Counted from the first letter of the whole stretch, positions 8,856 to 19,967 are shown. The stretch: DNA of 59,897 nucleotides, filler included, from 4 parts of 4 records of this genome joined end to end with filler, not necessarily neighbours in it; one strand, 5' to 3'. Numbers and translations: made by a program. Notes: a model not told the origin generated them from the sequence alone.

Positions 8856-9952
8856 GATCGATTCTCCTGAGTGGGGTAGGTGCCGAGGACTCGCAGCGTA
8901 TGGCACTGCTGACGAATGTCCTCAAGGACGTCTTGGTAACGGTCGCCGCCCAAATCACATTCGAGGTCGGTGAAGAAAACATATTTCCATTTTTCACCTC
9001 GGAACGGACGGGATTCAAGCTTGGTCATATTGATGCCTTGATGCCCCAGAGTGGTCAACACGCGGGCCAGTGCACCTGGTTTGTCGGGCAAAGTGAAAAG
9101 TATGGTTGTCTTGTCGCGTCGGTCTTCCTGTGAAGGAGCTGCGCCGATGATGAGGAATCGTGTCCAGTTGTCGGGCAAGTCCTCGATGGATTGGGACAGC
9201 ACGTTCATGGCGTGCATGTCAGCCAGCTTGATGTGACCGATAACGGCAGCAGCTTTTTTGCCTGCGACTACTTCGGCAGCCTCAGCTGTTGATTCCATGG
9301 GGATGGTCGGTACATCCGGCAGATGGGTGCGCAACCAATCACGGCATTGGCCCAATGGTTGAGGGTGGGAGTATATGACCTCCACATCCTTAAGGGATTC
9401 GGCTTTGGACATGATCGAGTGGCTGATGCGACTGAAAACCTCGGCCTGAATGTAGACCTTGTATTTCATGAACAAGTCCACGACCTGCCCCACGGTGCCT
9501 TCAATCGTGTTTTCCATTGGTATGACGCCGAGTTCGGCCCCTTCCTCGGCCACGGCCCGGAATATTTCTTCAAAATTCCCCTTGGGAGTCAGGGATGCGG
9601 CACTGCCCATGTGTTCGATGGCAGCAAAATAGGAGAAGGTCCCTTCAGGGCCAAGATAGACCACACGCTCGGGGCGTTGCAGATGGCGCGAGGAGCTCAT
9701 GATCTCGCGGTAGATGGTGCGCAGGTGTTTGTCCGGCAACGGGCCGGGACTGGAACCCGCGATCTTGTTCATGACTTCCTGCTCGCGGAAGGGTTTGTAG
9801 ATGGCTTCGCCCTTGGACGCTTTGTATCGGCCTACACCGAGGCTCAGATTTGCCCGTTGATTGAGCAGGTCCACGATTCGACGATCCACGGAGTCGATGG
9901 ACTCGCGCAGTTCGCCGAGATCGGGAATATCGTTGTGGTCTTTATCTGCCAT
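8852..9952 (-). CDS. pheA: Chorismate mutase / prephenate dehydratase (P-protein)
   Basis: N-terminal AroQ (LRESID..LLNQRA), YLGPEGTFS, TRF, ACT domain ESRP. Confidence 0.96.
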   Translation of the reverse strand: MADKDHNDIPDLGELRESIDSVDRRIVDLLNQRANLSLGVGRYKASKGEAIYKPFREQEVMNKIAGSSPGPLPDKHLRTIYREIMSSSRHLQRPERVVYLGPEGTFSYFAAIEHMGSAASLTPKGNFEEIFRAVAEEGAELGVIPMENTIEGTVGQVVDLFMKYKVYIQAEVFSRISHSIMSKAESLKDVEVIYSHPQPLGQCRDWLRTHLPDVPTIPMESTAEAAEVVAGKKAAAVIGHIKLADMHAMNVLSQSIEDLPDNWTRFLIIGAAPSQEDRRDKTTILFTLPDKPGALARVLTTLGHQGINMTKLESRPFRGEKWKYVFFTDLECDLGGDRYQDVLEDIRQQCHTLRVLGTYPTQENRS

Positions 9953-9967
9953 GACGTTCTCCGAAGC

Positions 9968-10951
9968 CTAAGCTTCCTTGATTTCTTCTTTGATGCGCAT
10001 GCCGAAGTGTCGACCAGCTTCATCGGTTTTGACCATGATTTTATCACCAACCTTGAGGGTCACGACGGACACTGGTTCACCTTTGTCCGAGACAACGCGG
10101 ATGGTTTCGGCGTTTTGCAGGAAAATTTGACCTTCGGTGGTGGCTTCTTTGGTTTTGATTGCGGCCTTAATGAGCAACATGGGCCGAACTTCCACTTTGA
10201 CACGGCCTACGGTGGCTATACTGGTGCCGCCATCCGCTCCTACGATGAGCACATCGTCGCCAGCACCCAATTCATCCAGATACGTGGTTTTGTCACCGGG
10301 CATCTGGGCATAGGCGTGGACCGCTCCTGCATTGATACGGAAGGGACGTGCAGCCACATACGGATTGGATTCGGTCTCGGCATGGACAAGGAAGGAGAAG
10401 GCTGAGGAATTGCCGATGAGCATGCCTTGGCCTTTTTTCAGGACGGAAATGGTGTCGACACAGACGCGATGCCCTAATCCAGTGGATTCGATTTCGGTGA
10501 CTTCAGCGATTTGGAGGTCCATGGTTCCCTGCGAGAGTTTGAGTTCCGAGACGATCTGCTTAAGGTCGGCTGCGCCTTCGGGCAATACGACCACGGTGTC
10601 ACAGCCGCGCTCCAGAATTCCTGCGGCCAGCACAGCCCGATCCAGTGATTCACATTCCAGCGCCAGCGTGTCCACTTGCGCAAGAATATTTTCTACCGGA
10701 ATAATCTCCCATCCCTTTTTAAGTACGACATCCTTGCCGTTTCGAATGCCCTTGATAGCGACGTCCTCGTCGGCCTTTTTAGTCAATTCGACAACGGGCA
10801 TATCGTCGGGAGTAATGACTGTGACACGACCAAGAGATTCGACTGCTTTGACCTGGGATTTCTCGACCATTACAGCGTCTACACCTGACTCCAGAGCCAG
10901 AGTGACGAGGTGTTTGTCAAAGGGGACGGACTTGAAGATGACTTTTTTCAT
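9968..10951 (-). CDS. aroB': 3-dehydroquinate synthase II (archaeal-type AroB')
   Basis: WEIIPVEN, RVCVDT, RPFRINAGAVHAY, LQNAETIR, GRHFG. Confidence 0.93.
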   Translation of the reverse strand: MKKVIFKSVPFDKHLVTLALESGVDAVMVEKSQVKAVESLGRVTVITPDDMPVVELTKKADEDVAIKGIRNGKDVVLKKGWEIIPVENILAQVDTLALECESLDRAVLAAGILERGCDTVVVLPEGAADLKQIVSELKLSQGTMDLQIAEVTEIESTGLGHRVCVDTISVLKKGQGMLIGNSSAFSFLVHAETESNPYVAARPFRINAGAVHAYAQMPGDKTTYLDELGAGDDVLIVGADGGTSIATVGRVKVEVRPMLLIKAAIKTKEATTEGQIFLQNAETIRVVSDKGEPVSVVTLKVGDKIMVKTDEAGRHFGMRIKEEIKEA

Positions 10952-10963
10952 TGTACGGTACCG

Positions 10964-11761
10964 TTATCCATTAAGGTGATTGAGGGCGGTTCCTACCGAT
11001 TCATCATCGTGGACCACCATGTTGAGCGCTTCCACCAGACGGGTCGGATTCTTATGCTGGAATACGTTGCGGCCTACGGACAATCCTGCGCCACCGGCTT
11101 CCAGTGAATCATGCACCATTTGAAGAAATGCCTCTGTGCTGTCAAGTTTGGGACCACCAGCTATGACAACAGGAATACAACAGGAATCGCACACATGGGC
11201 AAAGGTGTCTATGTTGCCAGTGTACGGGACTTTCACAACGTCCGCACCGAGCTCTGTGCCAACACGGGCGCAATGGGCTACGACATCGGCGTCGTATTCG
11301 TCAGAAATTTTGGGACCACGAGCGTACACCATGGCCAGTAATGGGATGCCCCAGTTGGCAGCATCGGAAGAAATCTTGCCGAAGTCGTTGAGCATGGCAG
11401 CCTCGGTTTCGTCACCGAGGTTACAATGGATGGAAACGGCGTCTGCGCCGAGACGGACGGCATCTTCCACACTTGCGACCAGTGTTTTGGCATTGGGGAA
11501 GGGAGACAAGGAAGTGGAAGCTGACAGATGGACGATCAGCCCGATGTCCTTGCCCTGGGCACGGTGTCCACAACGAACCAGTCCTTTGTGCTCGATGACT
11601 GCGTTGGCACCGCCGTCAACAACTTTGCCGACGGCTTCGCGCATATCGACCAGCCCATCGATAGGGCCGACGGTTACGCCGTGGTCCATGGGAACTACGA
11701 TAGTTCGGCCGGTATTTCGATTGAAAATCCTTTCCAGCCTGATGGCTTTACCTATGTGCAT
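10964..11761 (-). CDS. aroA': 2-amino-3,7-dideoxy-D-threo-hept-6-ulosonate synthase (DhnA-type aldolase, AroA')
   Basis: [28 protein letters not shown]; adjacent to aroB'. Confidence 0.9.
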   Translation of the reverse strand: MHIGKAIRLERIFNRNTGRTIVVPMDHGVTVGPIDGLVDMREAVGKVVDGGANAVIEHKGLVRCGHRAQGKDIGLIVHLSASTSLSPFPNAKTLVASVEDAVRLGADAVSIHCNLGDETEAAMLNDFGKISSDAANWGIPLLAMVYARGPKISDEYDADVVAHCARVGTELGADVVKVPYTGNIDTFAHVCDSCCIPVVIAGGPKLDSTEAFLQMVHDSLEAGGAGLSVGRNVFQHKNPTRLVEALNMVVHDDESVGTALNHLNG

Positions 11762-11816
11762 TTCATTCTCCTTGAGGTTGTCCCTTCACTGAGTGAGCAT
11801 CCAACCGACGAGCCAC

Positions 11817-11854
11817 AAAAAACAAGGGCCGCCGGCTTTCGCCCGCGGCCCTTG
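11817..11854 (-). terminator. Attenuator terminator upstream of aroA'
   Basis: Minus strand caagggccgcgggc-gaaa-gccggcggcccttg followed by tttttt. Confidence 0.88.
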
Positions 11855-11888
11855 AAGAGGTTTTGTTCAGTTTGTATCCACCAGTTGG

Positions 11889-11984
11889 CTACAATGCACC
11901 TCTCCCAAGACCACGAGCGTGGCTATACCAATACCAGAAGGTAAAGTTGGAAAAGGATGCGTTGAAGACAGTTGTGGAGTTCAT
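11889..11984 (-). CDS. Aromatic amino acid attenuation leader peptide, 31 aa (MNSTTVFNASFSNFTFWYWYSHARGLGRGAL)
   Basis: Translated by hand; 4 Phe, 2 Trp, 2 Tyr with FTFWYWY cluster; lies between promoter and terminator of the aro/trp operon; absent from the ORF track. Confidence 0.85.
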   Translation of the reverse strand: MNSTTVFNASFSNFTFWYWYSHARGLGRGAL

Positions 11985-11992
11985 GGCTTTAT

Positions 11993-12021
11993 TAGCTACA
12001 CAGCCAAGGGCAATCTGTCAA
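11993..12021 (-). promoter_or_regulatory. sigma70-type promoter of the aro/trp operon
   Basis: TTGACA (12021-12016), 17-nt spacer, TAGCTA (11998-11993); 8 nt upstream of the leader ATG. Confidence 0.65.
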
Positions 12022-12373
12022 CAAAAAAAATCGCAGCGATTTCGGGGTGATAGTATATATAGTAATGTGCTGTGTGACCGGCGGTCACTTTTTTTGCGTG
12101 TTTTGGCCTTGAAATATGCATTTCTTGTGGGGATGAATTTTAAGGAAATGATTTTTGGGAGCGCACAATTGGTTTTGTCGTTTTGATGTTCTTTTTTGAA
12201 GCTATTGTGAGTCTGAGAGTTTTGAATGTGCTAGCCGAGAGTTGTTCATTTTGACATTTTTTGTATAAAAAATACGATGCAAAAATACAAATAATTACAA
12301 AAAAGTAAAATAAATGTTTTTTTAAAAACCGATAAAACTTCTTTTTTACATAAATAGTAATATAAAACTGTTT

Positions 12374-12389
12374 TGGCACGACTCTTGAT
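12374..12389 (+). promoter_or_regulatory. Putative sigma54 promoter of amtB-glnK
   Basis: TGGCACG-actc-TTGAT, close to TGGCACG-N4-TTGC; AT-rich upstream region. Confidence 0.6.
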
Positions 12390-12437
12390 AGAGGGAGGAC
12401 AGGTTAGAAACGCATTTTATTCAAAGAGGAGTTCCCA

Positions 12438-13796
12438 ATGTTTTCAAGAAAGTCCCCGAACCATGTTTTCAGGAGGCTCGTTACAGGCGCAGTAGTCTTG
12501 ACGGCAGCTCTTGCCCCTACCTTTGCCTATGCAGAAGAGGTGGAATATTTGACGCAGTCCAACGCCAATATTTTGTGGACGTTGATCGCAGCATGTTTGG
12601 TCATGCTCATGCAGGCCGGTTTTGGCTGCGTTGAGGCCGGTTTCACTCGCGCTAAATCCGCAGGCAATATCATGATGAAGAACTTTCTGGATTTTTCCGT
12701 CGGTTCGGTCATCTTTTTCCTGTTTGGCTTTGCGTTGATGTTTGGTCTGGACGCTGGTGGGTTCATCGGTACTTCCGGCTACGGTCTGACTGGTGTTGGT
12801 GAGAGCGACATGATGTGGACGTACACTTTCTGGTTCTTCCAGTCCGTGTTTGCCGCTACTGCCGCGACCATCGTTTCCGGTGGTATGGCCGAACGCACCA
12901 AGTTTTCCAGTTACATTATAGTTTCCATCGTGGTTACCGGCGTGATCTATCCTATTTCAGGCCACTGGGCGTGGGGTTCTTTGTGGTTGGGTGATGACGG
13001 AGCCGGTTGGTTGGAAGGTCTTGGCTTTTGCGATTTCGCCGGGTCCTCTGTTGTTCACTCCGTGGGTGGGTGGATCGCTTTGGCCGGCGCCATGGTGCTT
13101 GGTCCCCGTATCGGCAAGTACACTGAAGACGGCAAAGCCAAGGCTATTCCCGGTCACAATATTCCACTTGCTGGTTTGGGAGTCTTCATCCTTTGGTTTG
13201 GTTGGTTTGGTTTTAACCCCGGCTCCACGACGACTGCTGACGATACTATTGGTTTGATTGCCATGAATACTTCTTTGGCCGCCGCCGCAGGCGTTCTTGG
13301 TGCCATGGTTGTTTCCTGGTTTCGCTACGGCAAGCCCGACATTTCCATGACTTTCAACGGAGCCCTCGCAGGTTTGGTTGGTATCACTGCCGGATGTGCT
13401 ACGGTTACTCCGAGTTCTTCCATGATGATCGGTTTGGTGGCAGGCGTGCTGGTTGTCTTGTCTATTGAGTTTATCGATAAAGTTCTCAAAATTGATGATC
13501 CGGTCGGTGCAGCCTCAGTCCACGGTGTGTGTGGTGCCTGGGGTACTATCGCTTGTGGTCTGTTTAATGTTGATGGCGGGTTGTTTTTTGGTGGCGGTTC
13601 GACGCAGCTTGGGGTTCAGCTTCTCGGCGTCGGTACTTTTTTTGTCTGGGCATTTGGTGGAGGTTTCCTTCTCATGAGTACGGTCAAGGCTTTCTTCGGT
13701 CTTCGTGCTGAAAAGGATGAAGAACTCAAGGGTTTGGATATCGCCGAACACGGTTCCGAGTCCTACAATGGCTTTCAGCTCTTCTCCAACGAGTAA
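12438..13796 (+). CDS. amtB: Ammonium transporter
   Basis: MQAGF, DFAGSSVVH, WFGWFGFN, DDPVGAASVHG. Confidence 0.96.
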   Translation: MFSRKSPNHVFRRLVTGAVVLTAALAPTFAYAEEVEYLTQSNANILWTLIAACLVMLMQAGFGCVEAGFTRAKSAGNIMMKNFLDFSVGSVIFFLFGFALMFGLDAGGFIGTSGYGLTGVGESDMMWTYTFWFFQSVFAATAATIVSGGMAERTKFSSYIIVSIVVTGVIYPISGHWAWGSLWLGDDGAGWLEGLGFCDFAGSSVVHSVGGWIALAGAMVLGPRIGKYTEDGKAKAIPGHNIPLAGLGVFILWFGWFGFNPGSTTTADDTIGLIAMNTSLAAAAGVLGAMVVSWFRYGKPDISMTFNGALAGLVGITAGCATVTPSSSMMIGLVAGVLVVLSIEFIDKVLKIDDPVGAASVHGVCGAWGTIACGLFNVDGGLFFGGGSTQLGVQLLGVGTFFVWAFGGGFLLMSTVKAFFGLRAEKDEELKGLDIAEHGSESYNGFQLFSNE

Positions 13797-13852
13797 GCTG
13801 AATCCGTTTACAAGAAGAATGAATCAAACGTATTTATTAGGAGAATAAGAAA

Positions 13853-14185
13853 ATGAAGCTCATTATAGCATATATCAGGCCCGAAAAGCTCAATGACGTG
13901 AAGCAGGCCTTGTACGCCAAGGAGATTTATTCCCTGTCCGTGTCTAATATACTTGGTTCCGGTCGCCAGAAAGGGTTTACCGAAACCTATCGTGGCGTGC
14001 AGATGGAAGTGAACCTGCTTAAGAAGGTTCGTCTTGAAATTGGTGTGAATAATGATTTTGAACCGTTGGCTATCGAAGCGATCCAGTCTGCCGGTCATAC
14101 CGGTACTGAAGGTGATGGTGTGATTTTTGTTCAGGATCTTGCCAAGGCCATGCGCATTCGGACTGGTGAAGACGGCATCCTTTAG
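13853..14185 (+). CDS. glnK: PII nitrogen regulatory protein
   Basis: GSGRQKG, T-loop ETYRG, GDGVIF, RIRTGE; follows amtB. Confidence 0.94.
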   Translation: MKLIIAYIRPEKLNDVKQALYAKEIYSLSVSNILGSGRQKGFTETYRGVQMEVNLLKKVRLEIGVNNDFEPLAIEAIQSAGHTGTEGDGVIFVQDLAKAMRIRTGEDGIL

Positions 14186-14208
14186 AAGTCGGTCTATTAA
14201 TATGAACT

Positions 14209-14237
14209 GCCGGAACGACAATATTTGTCGTTCCGGC
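14209..14237 (+). terminator. Hairpin after glnK
   Basis: gccggaacgacaa-tat-ttgtcgttccggc, perfect 13-bp stem, no clear U-tract. Confidence 0.6.
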
Positions 14238-14428
14238 GAGTTGCTCCCATTAAATTTCAAAAAAAACAATACGACATACCTCCACCCCTGACCGTCGGCC
14301 TTGTCCGGGGCATGATTTCGACTCATCATGCCTCGGACTGGCCGAAAATCTTTTGAGAATTACAATTTTGAACGGATAGCCAACCAAGAAGATTTGACAT
14401 TTAGTAAATGTTCCCGCATACTTGATAA

Positions 14429-15148
14429 ATGTATAAATGTGTATTTTTCGGATGTTCGTTATTGGTTCTTATACTATGTGCTCTTCCTGCCAAAGCAGAG
14501 GAAGTGGTTTTGGCATATGATGAATATCCGCCACTGAACTATACTGAGAATGGGAAAGCCTGTGGTGAGGTTATAGATCTCGTCCGTGAAGCTGGACAGC
14601 GGTTAGGCGTGGGAACGATTTTTATTAAACGACCGTTTGTCAGAGCCATTCAGGAAGTCGAATTCCGTGGCGTTGATGGAATTTTGGGAGTCGTAAAGAC
14701 CAAAGAACGACAGAAATATTTGTATTATCCTTCGACTGGACATACCTTGGATGGGCCTGCACTTTTTGCGCACATGCAAAGTGGCGTAAAGGTGAATTCT
14801 TTGGAAGACACACGCGGACTTGTTGTCGGGGTGATGCGAGGGTATCAATACGGCGAAGGCGTATTCGAGTCTTTGGCTGGAGAGATTCGACCCGTCAAAG
14901 ACGGTGATACCTTGTACAAAATGATTGCCGAACGCCGTTTTGATATCGGTTTAGGGTACCGGTTGTCCGGTGAATATTATTTGAAAAGGCTCCCCGGCGG
15001 GGATCAGGTCAAACCCGTATTATTGTTGCCAACACTTTCGTTGTATCTGGCTTTTTCAAAAAAACTTGGCCCCCGTGGTTTGGAACTTGCCGAGAGTTTT
15101 TCCGAAGAAATTGATCGCATCAAGAAAGAACGCACGCTGGTGCAGTAA
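14429..15148 (+). CDS. Periplasmic substrate-binding (PBPb/family 3) protein
   Basis: Signal peptide (AKA), EYPPL, RPFVRA, VGVMRGYQY, LYLAFSKK. Confidence 0.8.
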   Translation: MYKCVFFGCSLLVLILCALPAKAEEVVLAYDEYPPLNYTENGKACGEVIDLVREAGQRLGVGTIFIKRPFVRAIQEVEFRGVDGILGVVKTKERQKYLYYPSTGHTLDGPALFAHMQSGVKVNSLEDTRGLVVGVMRGYQYGEGVFESLAGEIRPVKDGDTLYKMIAERRFDIGLGYRLSGEYYLKRLPGGDQVKPVLLLPTLSLYLAFSKKLGPRGLELAESFSEEIDRIKKERTLVQ

Positions 15149-15159
15149 AACGTAAATTG

Positions 15160-15198
15160 AAAGCCCCGCCATCATGTCATGATGGCGGGGCTTTTTTT
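15160..15198. terminator. Bidirectional intrinsic terminator
   Basis: aaagccccgccatcat/atgatggcggggcttttttt between convergent genes. Confidence 0.85.
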
Positions 15199-15201
15199 GT
15201 C

Positions 15202-16578
15202 TTATTTCGTGCGTTTGAGTTTCGCTCGTGCGGAGAGGAAAACCCCCAGAGCACTGAAAACTGTTAAAGTTATGAACGAAATGTTCATGGCTTCAACAAA
15301 GGCGTTTGCATTTCCGGCATGGAGGGCGGTTGGTCCGACCATGGTTGCCAAAACTGCGCTGATGAAAACAAGGCTGATGGTCATACCGGTCGTACGCATC
15401 CCCGCGACCATGGCGGAAGCAATGCCGTAATTTTCTTTTTCCACGGCTCCCATAATGACGGCTGTGTTGGCTGTTGCGAATATGGCACTGCCAGTTCCGC
15501 ACAGTCCGAGGACCGCGAGAATGAGCCAGAGTGATCCGTTATCACCGATGAAAATGGCTCCACCCAGTCCTGCTGTGGCAAAGAGCATGCCGACAGTAGC
15601 AACATGGTGTGCAGCCCATCGTTGGCAAAGTTTGCCGCTGATCGGAGAAAAGAGTGTCTGCATGAGTGGTTGAGCCATGAGTATCATTCCGGCTTCACTG
15701 GGCGTCATGCCTTGTGCGATTTGAAGATAGAGAGAAATCAGAAAGGTGATGCCAAATGTGGCGGCATAACTGATGAACTGTACAGTATTGCCCAGTGCAA
15801 ATGATTGGTTCGTAGTGAACAAAGTCATATCTAACAACGGGGCTTTTGCACGTTTTTCCCAGAGGGCGAATGCAGCAAGTGATACCACTCCGCCAGCAAG
15901 CATTATCTTGCCCGTGAGCAAGTGAAAGTGGGAACCGCCTTGTGAAAGTAGAACCATGCCCATGGCAATGAAGATGGCGCCACCCCAGTCAAAAGGTGGA
16001 CATTTTTTGTGTTCCGGTTTGACCGGAAGAAGGTAGAGCGCCAGTGCAAGACAAAATGCACACGGCACAGCTCCTATATAGAAAATGGCGCGCCATCCCA
16101 TGGTGGTGGCAATGATTCCGCCGAGCCATGGTCCTGCTGAAAGGCCGACGTAAACACCAGCCGAGGCAATTCCCAGAGCCATGGATCTGCGTGGTCCCGT
16201 AAAGAGGTCTGCGAGAATGGCCAGTCCGGTGGTGACCATCATTGCACCACCGCCTCCTTGAAAAACACGGAGTATAATGAAATTTTCAATAGACCCGGAC
16301 AGGGGCAAAATCAGGCTGACTGTTGTGAACAAGGCCATACCGGTGGCAAAGATGAATCCTCGACCGGTCATGTCGGCCAACCGAGTTACCGGGAAGAGAA
16401 GCATGGCGACTGCGGATATATAGCCTGATTCGACAAGCCCGAGTTGTGCGGCTGTTGCACCGAATTCCTTGCCCAGTGACGGAATTGCCACGGCAACGGA
16501 TGAGAGCATGAATACCAGTGAAAACTGGGTGACTGTGATGGCCCAGAGGGCCGCAGTGCGTTCTTTTTCCGAAATCAT
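15202..16578 (-). CDS. MFS efflux transporter (DHA2-like)
   Basis: Many TM helices, RLADMTGR, RVFQGGG, WRAIF, DWGG motifs. Confidence 0.88.
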   Translation of the reverse strand: MISEKERTAALWAITVTQFSLVFMLSSVAVAIPSLGKEFGATAAQLGLVESGYISAVAMLLFPVTRLADMTGRGFIFATGMALFTTVSLILPLSGSIENFIILRVFQGGGGAMMVTTGLAILADLFTGPRRSMALGIASAGVYVGLSAGPWLGGIIATTMGWRAIFYIGAVPCAFCLALALYLLPVKPEHKKCPPFDWGGAIFIAMGMVLLSQGGSHFHLLTGKIMLAGGVVSLAAFALWEKRAKAPLLDMTLFTTNQSFALGNTVQFISYAATFGITFLISLYLQIAQGMTPSEAGMILMAQPLMQTLFSPISGKLCQRWAAHHVATVGMLFATAGLGGAIFIGDNGSLWLILAVLGLCGTGSAIFATANTAVIMGAVEKENYGIASAMVAGMRTTGMTISLVFISAVLATMVGPTALHAGNANAFVEAMNISFITLTVFSALGVFLSARAKLKRTK

Positions 16579-17037
16579 TTATTTTTTCACTTCCTTGAAT
16601 TCATTTTGGACATTTGCGTAGATGCGATCGAGCATGGATTTGGCAAGTGTTTTTTCGTCCTTGGAAAATCCTTTGAGCATGACCTGATTGTGTCGGTCGA
16701 GCAAAGGGATGAGTGTGGCATAGAGTTGTTTGGCCTTATTCGTCGGATACACAAACTTTTGACGACGATTCTTTGGGTTTTCTTCTCGTCGTACAAGACT
16801 GGAAGCCTCCATGCTTTTTAACATTCTGGCTGTTGCTGCTGGGCAAACACGTATGCTTGCCGAAAGCTGGTCTTGAGTTTGGCCTTCTCTTTCCACCGTG
16901 GTCATGATGTATGGAATTTGTCCTGAGCAGAGTCCGTGTTCATTAAGCCAGGAGTCGAGTATGCACCCGTTGAGCCTGAATAGTCGGCTTATTTTGTATC
17001 CAAGACTTGTTGTGCGCCGTCCTGTATTATCCTGCAT
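16579..17037 (-). CDS. MarR family transcriptional regulator
   Basis: 152 aa winged helix, RREENPKNRRQKFVYPT wing; abuts the MFS gene. Confidence 0.88.
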   Translation of the reverse strand: MQDNTGRRTTSLGYKISRLFRLNGCILDSWLNEHGLCSGQIPYIMTTVEREGQTQDQLSASIRVCPAATARMLKSMEASSLVRREENPKNRRQKFVYPTNKAKQLYATLIPLLDRHNQVMLKGFSKDEKTLAKSMLDRIYANVQNEFKEVKK

Positions 17038-17048
17038 AAAAGCTCTTT

Positions 17049-17109
17049 TGTTGACATGTTAACAGTTGCGAAGGGAGATCTTTAAAAAACATTTGTTGCT
17101 GTGTCAACT
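17049..17109. promoter_or_regulatory. Two imperfect palindromes, candidate MarR operators
   Basis: GTTGACATGTTAAC (17050-17063) and GTTGCTGTGTCAAC (17095-17108); the second contains a minus-strand TTGACA. Confidence 0.55.
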
Positions 17110-17214
17110 ATCTTTGTGGGTGAGATTCTATTTTACAAAAAAAGATGAAAAGGAGGGAGAGAAAGTAAAAGATGTGAGAGTATGAGGGTAGATTTTATCT
17201 GTAAAATATACGCA

Positions 17215-17919
17215 CTAAAAAAAGCGACATTCTTCAGTGTATTGATTGAAGTCTTCGAGGAAACCTTGATGTTTTTTTAAGAAATCCTTGGTGAAATAGA
17301 CTCCAAGAGGTGCATCCATGAGATGTATTCGTTGTATCTTGTCTTCAGCATGTTGTTTTTTGACAATTTCATCCATGGACCCATTATTAGCAAGAATTGC
17401 ATCAACGCGATTTTCAAGGAGGACATTGATCAGGTTGGGATAATCCCTGGCTTTGTACGAAATGGTGTATCCATTTTTTTTCATCCAGCGTTCGGCATTG
17501 GTCCCCCGAAAACACGCACATTTAGCTTCTGTTGGAAATGTTGGGGCAGTCGGATCGTGAAGATAATCTTTTCTGACATACCAGAAAAGTTTGTGGTCGT
17601 TGAAGGGGGCTGATTGGGTAGCAAATACATCGCGTTCCGGCGTTTGGGAAGCCGGGAAAAAACCATCTACTTCACCATGGAGTGCCATTGACTGTGCCCG
17701 GGCCCACGGGACAACATGCAGGGATAACTCAATCCCCATCTTTTTCAGAGTGCATTGCACAATATGAATGCAGGTCCCACTGGGCTTTTGCTTTGTATCG
17801 CAAACAACATACGGAGCAAGTTCAAGTGTAGCCAGTGATATGCGACGCGGCTGCCCAGCGGTTGCTTCTGTGTAAATTATGACAAAAAGAAATAGCCAGA
17901 TGAATATTTTGTGCCGCAT
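17215..17919 (-). CDS. Periplasmic substrate-binding (PBPb) protein
   Basis: Start MRHKIF with GAGG RBS, signal peptide, VPWARAQ, RVDAIL, LGVYFTK. Confidence 0.78.
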   Translation of the reverse strand: MRHKIFIWLFLFVIIYTEATAGQPRRISLATLELAPYVVCDTKQKPSGTCIHIVQCTLKKMGIELSLHVVPWARAQSMALHGEVDGFFPASQTPERDVFATQSAPFNDHKLFWYVRKDYLHDPTAPTFPTEAKCACFRGTNAERWMKKNGYTISYKARDYPNLINVLLENRVDAILANNGSMDEIVKKQHAEDKIQRIHLMDAPLGVYFTKDFLKKHQGFLEDFNQYTEECRFF

Positions 17920-18012
17920 ATTGTCCTCTCGTGGGGGAGTTTGGCATAGTTTGATGATTTTGTGAATAGTAATCAAACCTATCCATAGCAGCGAAGTCAT
18001 TAAAAAAGGAAA

Positions 18013-18060
18013 AAATAAAACTGCCCGGTTCGGCAAAAGCCGAACCGGGCAGTTTTATTT
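18013..18060 (-). terminator. metK terminator
   Basis: Long perfect inverted repeat aaataaaactgcccggttcggc-aaaa-gccgaaccgggcagttttattt. Confidence 0.85.
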
Positions 18061-18074
18061 TGTTTTTAGTTCAG

Positions 18075-18419
18075 CTAGATCTTGGCTGCGGTGCGCAGAT
18101 CGTCCACGGCATCGGTCTGTTCCCAAGTGAACTCGGGGAGTTCTCGACCGAAGTGACCGTAGTTGGTCGACTTCTGGAAGATCGGACGGCGCAGGTTCAA
18201 GCGTTCCAGAATGTAGTAGGGGCGCATGTCAAAGACTTCAGTGACAGCTTTGGTCAACTGTTCGTCAGAGACTTGACCGGTGCCACGAGAGGAAACAACC
18301 ACGGAAACCGGGTCAGCGACACCAATGGCGTATGCAATCTGGACTTCGCACTGAGCTGCGAGGCCAGATGCGACAACGTTCTTGGCAACGTAACGGGCCA
18401 TGTATGCGCCGGAACGGTC
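18075..18419 (-). CDS. metK: S-adenosylmethionine synthetase, C-terminal part (truncated by contig end)
   Basis: [31 protein letters not shown]. Confidence 0.95.
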   Translation of the reverse strand, partial: DRSGAYMARYVAKNVVASGLAAQCEVQIAYAIGVADPVSVVVSSRGTGQVSDEQLTKAVTEVFDMRPYYILERLNLRRPIFQKSTNYGHFGRELPEFTWEQTDAVDDLRTAAKI

Positions 18420-18519
18420 NNNNNNNNNNNNNNNNNNNNNNNNNNNNNNNNNNNNNNNNNNNNTTAATTAATTAANNNNNNNNNNNNNNNNNNNNNNNNN
18501 NNNNNNNNNNNNNNNNNNN
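18420..18519. other. Artificial contig spacer
   Basis: N run with TTAATTAATTAA six-frame stop; base composition changes across it. Confidence 0.98.
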
Positions 18520-18549
18520 TTTAGGGGTTTAGGGGTTTAGAGGTTTAGG
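18520..18549 (+). repeat. Tandem 8-mer TTTAGGGG, about 4 copies
   Basis: tttagggg tttagggg tttagagg tttagg at the contig edge. Confidence 0.8.
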
Positions 18550-18705
18550 CAATAAGAATTGAGATCATAATGAAATGAGAATAGAACTGTCATCTCGACC
18601 CCAACAACGCCAAGACTACGTCGGGTAAACTCCTGAAATGTATAATTGGCCTGTCCGCCGAAGTCCGTCAGTTGATGGACGTAGGTGGAAGAGATCTATT
18701 CATGA

Positions 18706-19965
<1,260 letters not shown>

Positions 19966-19967
19966 AT

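Noticed and set aside
974-8906. Long N-terminal extensions of trpB, trpF, trpG, trpE and aroA in the ORF track
   Set aside because: Longest-ORF artefacts; downstream starts fit RBS position, gene overlaps and family N-termini
9323-10405. 360-aa plus-strand ORF and many other antisense ORFs in the track
   Set aside because: Shadow ORFs opposite well-supported genes, with no motifs or RBS
18520-18549. Telomere-like TTTAGGGG repeat
   Set aside because: Only about 4 imperfect units at the edge of a plainly bacterial contig; a simple tandem repeat that probably broke the assembly
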